From: Planctomycetia bacterium
GTDB lineage: Bacteria > Planctomycetota > Planctomycetia > Pirellulales > S012-138
Assembly (NCBI GenBank): GCA_041497795.1
Contig: JBGQHD010000001.1
Location: forward strand, 1 to 25,275
Reading direction: 5' to 3'
DNA: 25,275 bases
In this document: positions 19,069-25,275 of the stretch, one piece after another
How positions within the stretch are numbered: the first letter of the stretch is position 1
Layout: the number at the start of each line of letters is the position of its first letter
Program-made: the position numbers and the translations under genes
The notes under the pieces: model-generated
What the model saw: only the letters and a program-made list of their open reading frames with translations
Databases searched by the model: none
What the model was told of the DNA's origin: nothing

Positions 19069-22000
19069 CTAGAATTGGCCACCACCACCTCCTCCTCCTC
19101 CTCCTCCACCTCCTCCTCCGGAGAACCCGCCACCGCCAAAGCCGCCCTGGCTGCCACCGCCGCCTTGGCCGCCGCCGTTGAAGGTCTGGCTGCCGGCGCC
19201 GGTGGCGAAGTTGAAGATGTTCACCTCGGAAATCTGCGAGAACTGCGGTCGCACCTGGGTACGGACGAAGCGGCGGTCGCCCGAGATCACGGCGCTAATG
19301 AACAACTGGGCCCCTTCCGGGATGATCACGATCACCGGCTGGTAGCCCACGGCCCGGTTGCGGCCCGGGCGCGGGGCCATGGCCACGCGCTGGTTGGCCG
19401 CGTCCATCGCTCGAGCGTAGGAGTCCCCGTCGGTGGCTTCCCAGAGCAGGCGACGGATTTCGTCGCGCGTCTGCTGAGCCCGCTCCACGGAGTGGACGAT
19501 TTCCTCGTCATTCAGCGCCCGAACCCTACGGCCCCCGTCGAACTCGAAGGCCAGCATCACGTCCTTGTCCTTGATATCGATCCAATTCTCGGACGACTCG
19601 GGAGACCGCTCGACCAGGTTCTGCCGGCGGGCCTTGTAGTGCTTGACGATCTCGACCTTGACCTTGTCGGCCGAGGGCCGGCCGAACACCCGCCGCAACA
19701 CCAGGCGGTACTTGCCGTTGAAGGCCAGCGGACAAACGTAGGCCTCGGTCTGGCGGCCCTGAAGCTTTTCGTCCGCGCCCGGGAAATCGCTGCTGAGCAG
19801 CGTTCCGCCCGACGTGGTGCGGGGGTTCTGCGCCGTGCACCAGGTGCCGGCGGGCTCCTCGACCAAGAGGTCGATGTCGGCCTCGCCGGTCCACGACACC
19901 ATCACCATCACGTCGCGCCGCAGCGCGTCGGTGACGGCATCCTCAAACTCCTGGGCTTCCTTGAGGCGTTTCTCGCTGCGCAGCTTCTGGATCGTCGCCT
20001 TGGCGATGCGCGAGGCCGAGTCGGCCACGGCGCGGTCCTCGCTGCTCCAGGCCTGACTCATCAGGCCGACGGTCGCCCAGCGGATGCCCGCCATGTCGTC
20101 CAGCGTCTTGGCCACGGTCAGGCCGTGCACGTAGGCATCGACGGCCGTGGGGTCCAACTGGGCGACCTGGCGGAAGATCTTCAGCGCCCGGGCCTGGAAC
20201 CGCTGGCGCGCCTTCTGGTCCGCGTAGAACGTCGAGCGGTAGATGTATTGACCGAGGTACATCAGGTCGGTGGTATTGTTCGCGAAATCTGCCGCCGACA
20301 TCAAGGTCCGCTCGATCTCCTCCGGCGGGTCGTTGGCGGCGAACATCGCCAAAGCCATGGCCTCGTACATCCAAGGCTGGGCCTGCCCGTTGCGCAGGGC
20401 CGCCTGGATCACCGAGACAATCTCCTGGTACTGCTTGGCCTCGCGCAGACCGCGGAGGGTGGCGCGAATCTCGTCGGTCGTCACGTCTTTGCGGCCGGCG
20501 AAGTACCGGTTCCAGGCCTCGGCCACGGCTTCGCCCGCCTGAGGCTTCAGGTCGATCGGCTTGGCCGCCTTGGCCGGGGCCGCCGCCGCGGGAGCGGCGG
20601 GCCGCACGTCCCGCTTGGGCGAATCGAGCTTGATCGGAGCGCGCTGCGGGTTGTAGGCCTTGAGCGGGCTGGACGGCACGCTGAAGAATCCGCCGCCGCC
20701 GCCGCCGCCCTGGCCACCACCACCGCCGCCGCCGAATTGGCCGCCACCTTGGCCGCCGCCACCTTGGCCGCCGCCAAAGCCGCCGCCTTGGCCGCCGCCC
20801 CCCCCCTGTTGGCCGAAGCCGCCCTGTTGGCCGCCGCCAAAACTTTGCGGAGGCAGGATCGGCATCACCAGGTCGCCCACCGGGTAGACCTTCGTCACCA
20901 GGAAGGTGTCCGCATCCTCCTTCGAGGTGATCAGCAGCACCTCGTCGCGAACGATGTAGGACAGGCCCAAATCGCTGAGAATCAGCCGTAGGGCCGACTT
21001 CAGGGTCACGTTCTTGAGCACCTTGGTGACGGGCGTATCGAGCGTGACGTTGGCCTCTTCCAGCTTTTTCTGGCTGACTTCGATGTTGATGCCGTGGACA
21101 TCGGTGAAATACTTCACGACATCCCGCAGCGGAGTTTCATTGAACTCGACCTGCGTCGGCTTCTTCAGCTCCTCCATGATCTTCTTTTCGGCATCCGACG
21201 TGCTGGCCAGCGACACGGCCTTGTATTCCTCGCGGCGCTTGGTCATCGCTTCCCACCACTCTTTGGGCGGGAAGACCACGGGCGGCTCGTCCGGCGTGGG
21301 AATGTGCGAGTATTCCACTTCCCGCAGGGTGAGCAGCACGCCGCGAATCCGCTCGCGGCGGAGGAAGATGCCATCCTCGATCGCCCGCCCCATGGTGGCA
21401 TTCATGCCCGCGGCGACGATCTCCGGATTCCCCGGCGCCACCGACATGGCCAGGTCGGCCACGCTTTCGGCCTGGGTGAACTTCTTCTCATCCATCAAGG
21501 AATCGAACTTCGCCATCCACTGCGAGATGCGCTTTTCCCTGTCCACCAGCTCTCGGCTGATCCGCTGGTTTTCCGCTTGAATCGCCGCAGTCTCGGCATG
21601 GGTCAGGTTCTTGGTCTCGGCCAAGGCCTGCACCCGGCTAATCTGGGTCATTTGCGCTTCGATCCGGCTCACCAAGCCGTCCTTCAATTCCGGCGAAATG
21701 ATGGTGTCGCCTTGAACGCTCTGCTTGAGGAGCTTCAGGTTGTCCAGCGCCCCCTGCGGGTTCGACGTCATCAGCTTGCCGGCCCGGTCGAGATCCAAGC
21801 CGACCTGGCTCTGCAGCCGCTCTTCGTGAATCTTCTTGTCTTGGATCGCCTTGCCGAGCAAGCCGTCCGCCTGATCGGCGGGCTGCTTGGCTCCCGGCAC
21901 GTCCACCACGACGTCCGGCGGGGCCTTGCCCCCCGGGTTCTGCTGGAAAACCAGCAACCGATCGCCGGCGACATCCGGATCGATCTCGGCCGCCTGCTTG

Positions 22001-23238
22001 CCGAGCCGCTGAGCGAGACGTGGGTCGAGCTGCCGGACCTGGCCGGCGAGCTGGCGGAGCGCTTCGGCCTGGAACAACGTCAAGCGGCGCACTTCCATCA
22101 GGCCGGCCGATCCGACCGTGGCCAGCGATTCGCCGTCATCCCTCTGGGCCGCTTCGACGACCTTGGCCAGGTAGGCGTTGTCGTCGGTCGGCGCCGAGGG
22201 GGTGATCGTCCACGAGAACTCCTGCTTGGCGCCCCTCACCGTGCCGGTGAGGTGCACTTGGATGGCGGCCACGGCTTTGCCCTGGCCCACCAGGATCGTG
22301 TCGCGATCGGCCCGCAGGGGCGGAGTCCGCTTGGGATAGACCTCGCTCAGGCCCTCGGGAAGCTGCAGCTTCTCGGGCCACACCACAACTTCGGTCGCGG
22401 CGGCGGCCAACGACTCGCCGGCGGCCGGATCGCCCGGCTTCGTGTCGGCGTTGTCGAAGCCGACCACGCCGCCCGTGTGATTGGCGAACCGGGCCAGCAG
22501 GCCGGCAGCGACGCGGGGGCCGACGGCGTAGCTGGAGACCGGGATCCGCTCGCTGACCAGCAGCTCGACGACTTGCCTCATCTCCGTGGCATCCACCGAG
22601 CCGCCGATGTTCATGCCGTCGCCGATGTAGACGATGGCCCGCGGGTTGGCGGCGGCCTGGTTCTTCAGGCCCTGGAGCGCGGCCGCGGCGGTGGTCATGG
22701 CCAGCGGCATGTCGGTCGAGCCCAGCGGCACGCGCTGAACCAGCTTCTCGAGCGCCGCGTCAATTCCCTTGCCCGCCGGGGCCACGAAAGTGGCGCGGGT
22801 CTTTCCGGCCGCCTCGTTGGCCGTCATCGCGGCCACGGAGGTATCGGCCGCCAGCAGGCAGACGCGGTCGCCGGGGTTCAGCTTGCCGAGGAAGGCCCGC
22901 AGCGTGGCCAAGCCGCGCGTGCGGAATTCGCCGTTCTGGCTGGCCGACGTGTCGAAGATCACCACGATGTCGTGCGCGTCGGCCTTGTGCGGCAACGCGG
23001 CAGCGTCGGGCTTGACGCTGAGTGCAAAGAACTTGTCGAATTGATCCAGCCGCGGGGTTTTCAGCAGCGGGGTTTTCAGCAGCGGGGTCTTGAGCGCGAC
23101 CGTTTTTGGCGCCGTGGTTTTTGGCGGAAGCGCGCCTGCCTCTTGGCCGCGCTCGTCGCCGGGGAGACTCGCCGCCACGGCCATCGTCAAGACGGCCGCC
23201 GACAACGAAGCCACCACCAGAGGACGTGGTCTGAACAT
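19069..23238 (-). CDS. Large exported multidomain protein (1389 aa): vWA, STN-like, Gly/Gln linker, helical region, YfaP/DUF2135-like, secretin-like tail
   Basis: Signal peptide after ATG 23238 (GGGAG RBS); MIDAS DTSAS (22939-22953) and VYIGDG; TQVEFNETPLRDV...LKSALRLIL...LSYIVRDEVLLIT; VSWTGEADIDLLVEEP; own terminator. The CDS is secure; domain names are from recall. Confidence 0.88.
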   Translation of the reverse strand: MFRPRPLVVASLSAAVLTMAVAASLPGDERGQEAGALPPKTTAPKTVALKTPLLKTPLLKTPRLDQFDKFFALSVKPDAAALPHKADAHDIVVIFDTSASQNGEFRTRGLATLRAFLGKLNPGDRVCLLAADTSVAAMTANEAAGKTRATFVAPAGKGIDAALEKLVQRVPLGSTDMPLAMTTAAAALQGLKNQAAANPRAIVYIGDGMNIGGSVDATEMRQVVELLVSERIPVSSYAVGPRVAAGLLARFANHTGGVVGFDNADTKPGDPAAGESLAAAATEVVVWPEKLQLPEGLSEVYPKRTPPLRADRDTILVGQGKAVAAIQVHLTGTVRGAKQEFSWTITPSAPTDDNAYLAKVVEAAQRDDGESLATVGSAGLMEVRRLTLFQAEALRQLAGQVRQLDPRLAQRLGKQAAEIDPDVAGDRLLVFQQNPGGKAPPDVVVDVPGAKQPADQADGLLGKAIQDKKIHEERLQSQVGLDLDRAGKLMTSNPQGALDNLKLLKQSVQGDTIISPELKDGLVSRIEAQMTQISRVQALAETKNLTHAETAAIQAENQRISRELVDREKRISQWMAKFDSLMDEKKFTQAESVADLAMSVAPGNPEIVAAGMNATMGRAIEDGIFLRRERIRGVLLTLREVEYSHIPTPDEPPVVFPPKEWWEAMTKRREEYKAVSLASTSDAEKKIMEELKKPTQVEFNETPLRDVVKYFTDVHGINIEVSQKKLEEANVTLDTPVTKVLKNVTLKSALRLILSDLGLSYIVRDEVLLITSKEDADTFLVTKVYPVGDLVMPILPPQSFGGGQQGGFGQQGGGGGQGGGFGGGQGGGGQGGGQFGGGGGGGQGGGGGGGFFSVPSSPLKAYNPQRAPIKLDSPKRDVRPAAPAAAAPAKAAKPIDLKPQAGEAVAEAWNRYFAGRKDVTTDEIRATLRGLREAKQYQEIVSVIQAALRNGQAQPWMYEAMALAMFAANDPPEEIERTLMSAADFANNTTDLMYLGQYIYRSTFYADQKARQRFQARALKIFRQVAQLDPTAVDAYVHGLTVAKTLDDMAGIRWATVGLMSQAWSSEDRAVADSASRIAKATIQKLRSEKRLKEAQEFEDAVTDALRRDVMVMVSWTGEADIDLLVEEPAGTWCTAQNPRTTSGGTLLSSDFPGADEKLQGRQTEAYVCPLAFNGKYRLVLRRVFGRPSADKVKVEIVKHYKARRQNLVERSPESSENWIDIKDKDVMLAFEFDGGRRVRALNDEEIVHSVERAQQTRDEIRRLLWEATDGDSYARAMDAANQRVAMAPRPGRNRAVGYQPVIVIIPEGAQLFISAVISGDRRFVRTQVRPQFSQISEVNIFNFATGAGSQTFNGGGQGGGGSQGGFGGGGFSGGGGGGGGGGGGGGQF

Positions 23239-23352
23239 GGTTCCAACTCCCAGAGTGGTTGCTGCGCCCATTACAGCAGATCTGTTCCGAAGAGGGGGCT
23301 CTTGTTCCTAACCGCGGGACGGCGTAACGCGCGCAGCCCACAGTCACGGCTC

Positions 23353-23382
23353 ATTGTATTTAGCCGCCGCCATCCCTGCCAA
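23353..23382 (-). promoter_or_regulatory. Candidate sigma70 promoter for the large vWA gene
   Basis: Minus strand TTGGCA-N18-TACAAT (5/6 and 5/6 matches), about 115 nt upstream of ATG 23238. Confidence 0.5.
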
Positions 23383-23458
23383 CCAAATTTTGGGATTTTC
23401 CGGCACAGCCGGCAGGACCGCCCGGCGGGTGGACAGTCCGCCATGGCAGGTGGTCCAA

Positions 23459-23587
23459 GTCCACACAAGGAAGAACACCGAACGTCCACACAAGGAATGG
23501 ACACCGAACGTCCAACATCGAACGTCGAAACGTCGAACCAAAGACCTGTTCGATGTTGGACGTTGGACGTTGGACGTTGGATGTTCG
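23459..23587. repeat. Direct repeat pair plus heptamer-based palindrome
   Basis: GTCCACACAAGGAA(GA/TGG)ACACCGAAC x2 (23459-23509); perfect 17-bp inverted repeat 23507-23523 / 23548-23564; (GGACGTT)3 with degenerate flanking heptamers. Confidence 0.85.
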
Positions 23588-23605
23588 CTGCCGACTGGGG
23601 CCGGC

Positions 23606-23645
23606 AAACGAAGAAAGCCCTGGCGGCCGGAGGGCCGTCAGGGCT
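23606..23645 (-). terminator. Probable Rho-independent terminator of the acidic protein gene
   Basis: Minus strand AGCCCTGACGGCC-CTCC-GGCCGCCAGGGCT (13-bp stem, one mismatch) followed by TTCTTCGTTT. Confidence 0.65.
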
Positions 23646-23697
23646 GTGAATACCGCGGTCTTGACCTCAAAACCAGCGACGGAGCGAGGGGATTCGT

Positions 23698-25032
23698 CTA
23701 GAGATCGCCATCCCACGGAGAGCCAAACGCGGGCAGGAAGTAATCCGGCAGCGGCGGCCGGGTCGCCTCGGTTTGGGGTTTCGTGCCATTGTCCGTTTCG
23801 TCATGGCCCGCTTCGTCATGGCCCGCTTCCTGGTCGCCGGGCGTCGTCGGCGCGGCCAGGACTTCCTCCGACAACTGCCCGAGCCGACGTGACACATCCT
23901 GGGCCGCGCTGCGCAGCGCGCCCCACACGTGGCCGCACCATTGACGCAGGCGACCGGGCTGGCACGGCTCGTCGTTCACATCCCACGAGTTCGGGCGAAC
24001 GTCGCAGCCATCGCCGCGGCACTCATCGTGAGAGCGATCGACGGTTTGAGGATCGACGGCTTGAGGATCGACGACGCCGGGTTCGACGATGCCGGGTTCG
24101 ACCTCTTGCCGGCCTTCCCAGCGATGGTAGGGGCCGTGATACGTATCGTCCTCGTCCGCTGGCGGGGGTTGCACCGGCGGCACGCTGTCCCGGTCGCGGC
24201 GGCGAGGGCTGAACCAGTCGCCGTCTTTGCCGTCGGCGTCCTCTTCGTCCTTCGACTCTCGACTGCCGTCGCCCGTGCGCTCGGCGGCGTCTGCCGCGCC
24301 CTTGACGCTCCCGGCGGCCTCATGGCCCTCCATTTGGCTGGCGATGGCGGCCCAATCCAGTTCGCCGGCCTCGGTTTCGTCCAGACCGTCGCTCTCGGCG
24401 TTGAGATGCTGGACGACAAATTGTCCGGCGCTATGCCGCCAATCGGCCAGCGATTCCTCGAGGCTGCGCAGCGGAGAGTCCCCGTCGGCCGGCATTTCGC
24501 AAAATGGCTCGGTCTCGCACGGTTCCTCGCCGCGGCACGCCGCGTGGTTCTGCGCCGTGTCCTCCGCCGCGTTTGGCGCTGCGCTGGGCGTTGCGTTGGG
24601 GGTTGCGTCCTGCGCCGCATCCTCCGTCGCGGCAGCGGGCGGCTCGCGGAGTTGGGGGCGGTCGAAGTTGCTGCCGTCGACGTCGTCGTAGAAGTCACGT
24701 GGGGGAGTCTGCGTCCCCACGGCCGACCGCGTCTCATCCACGACGAAGGGCCGCGGCGCTGCCGCTCTGGGCGACGCATCCTCGCCATCGCGGTGCACGG
24801 AATCGCCGTTCACGGCATCGCCGTTCATAGCATCGCCATACACAGAGTCGCCATACACAGAGCGGTGGGGACGGCCCTGCCATTGGCCCAATCCGTAAGG
24901 ACAGCAATACCCGTCCAGTGGGTAGAGCGCCACCGTGGGGCGGTCGGCGACGCGGGTGTGGGCAGCGGCTGCCGTCAGGGAGCAACACGCCGCGACACTC
25001 CAAGCTAACCCCAGGAAACGCATACGTTGCAT
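23698..25032 (-). CDS. Hypothetical exported acidic low-complexity protein (~444 aa)
   Basis: MQRMRFLGLAWSVAACCSLTAAAA signal-like N-terminus with AGGA upstream; D/E/A/P-rich; in-frame repeats; downstream terminator. The extension to 25275 is probably non-coding. Confidence 0.72.
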   Translation of the reverse strand: MQRMRFLGLAWSVAACCSLTAAAAHTRVADRPTVALYPLDGYCCPYGLGQWQGRPHRSVYGDSVYGDAMNGDAVNGDSVHRDGEDASPRAAAPRPFVVDETRSAVGTQTPPRDFYDDVDGSNFDRPQLREPPAAATEDAAQDATPNATPSAAPNAAEDTAQNHAACRGEEPCETEPFCEMPADGDSPLRSLEESLADWRHSAGQFVVQHLNAESDGLDETEAGELDWAAIASQMEGHEAAGSVKGAADAAERTGDGSRESKDEEDADGKDGDWFSPRRRDRDSVPPVQPPPADEDDTYHGPYHRWEGRQEVEPGIVEPGVVDPQAVDPQTVDRSHDECRGDGCDVRPNSWDVNDEPCQPGRLRQWCGHVWGALRSAAQDVSRRLGQLSEEVLAAPTTPGDQEAGHDEAGHDETDNGTKPQTEATRPPLPDYFLPAFGSPWDGDL

Positions 25033-25275
25033 GCCAGGATTCCTACGGGATGGTCGGGAATAGGAGCGGCAGGCAGGAGGGAGCCGCGCTAGGCGGGAGC
25101 AAAGTGCGGCGGCTGCCTGCTCGACGATGCAGTCCCCGGGAGGCCGCTCCCACTCAAGGGAGCGCGAGGACTGCCAGCGTGTAAAAAGGTATCGGTGGCA
25201 CGCGCCGCGGACCGTAAGGCAAAGGGCGGGCACTGGCGAGGGTTTGCCGGCGGTGCCCGCGCAGAGGCCGCGCAC

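Noticed and set aside
23459-23514. Possible mini-CRISPR array
   Set aside because: Only two adjacent units with no unique spacers, and no cas genes in the window.
18952-23649. Long + strand ORFs (18952..20991, 21094..23649)
   Set aside because: Antisense shadows of the vWA gene, typical of high-GC DNA; no motifs, and the terminator and promoter point the other way.
25033-25275. N-terminal extension of the acidic ORF, or a c-di-GMP-I riboswitch (GGCAAACC on the minus strand)
   Set aside because: The extension precedes a clear signal peptide and RBS; the riboswitch lacks the GAAA tetraloop and the downstream GGGACGCAAAGC-like element.

Overview
GC-rich bacterial window, most likely a planctomycete (inferred from protein and repeat types, not proven). 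Positions 944-13323 (+) hold an apparently complete group 3b (NAD(P)-coupled, sulfhydrogenase-type) [NiFe]-hydrogenase operon. The order is: stand-alone cNMP-domain gene, beta/gamma/delta/alpha subunits, maturation protease, hypA-B-F-C-D-E, and a terminal ferredoxin-NADP+ reductase. A 5'-truncated unknown ORF precedes it. Downstream are genes for exported proteins (ThuA-like, SMP-30/gluconolactonase, cyanophycinase), a divergent RluA/Maf pair, a 1389-aa exported vWA + STN-like + YfaP-like protein with a possible secretin-like tail, and an acidic low-complexity exported protein. Intergenic spaces carry several unrelated palindromic repeat types, including GTAG-type REP doublets fused to hydrogenase gene ends. 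No rRNA, tRNA, CRISPR array or transposase was recognised. All domain calls come from motif reading and recall; no database searches were run.
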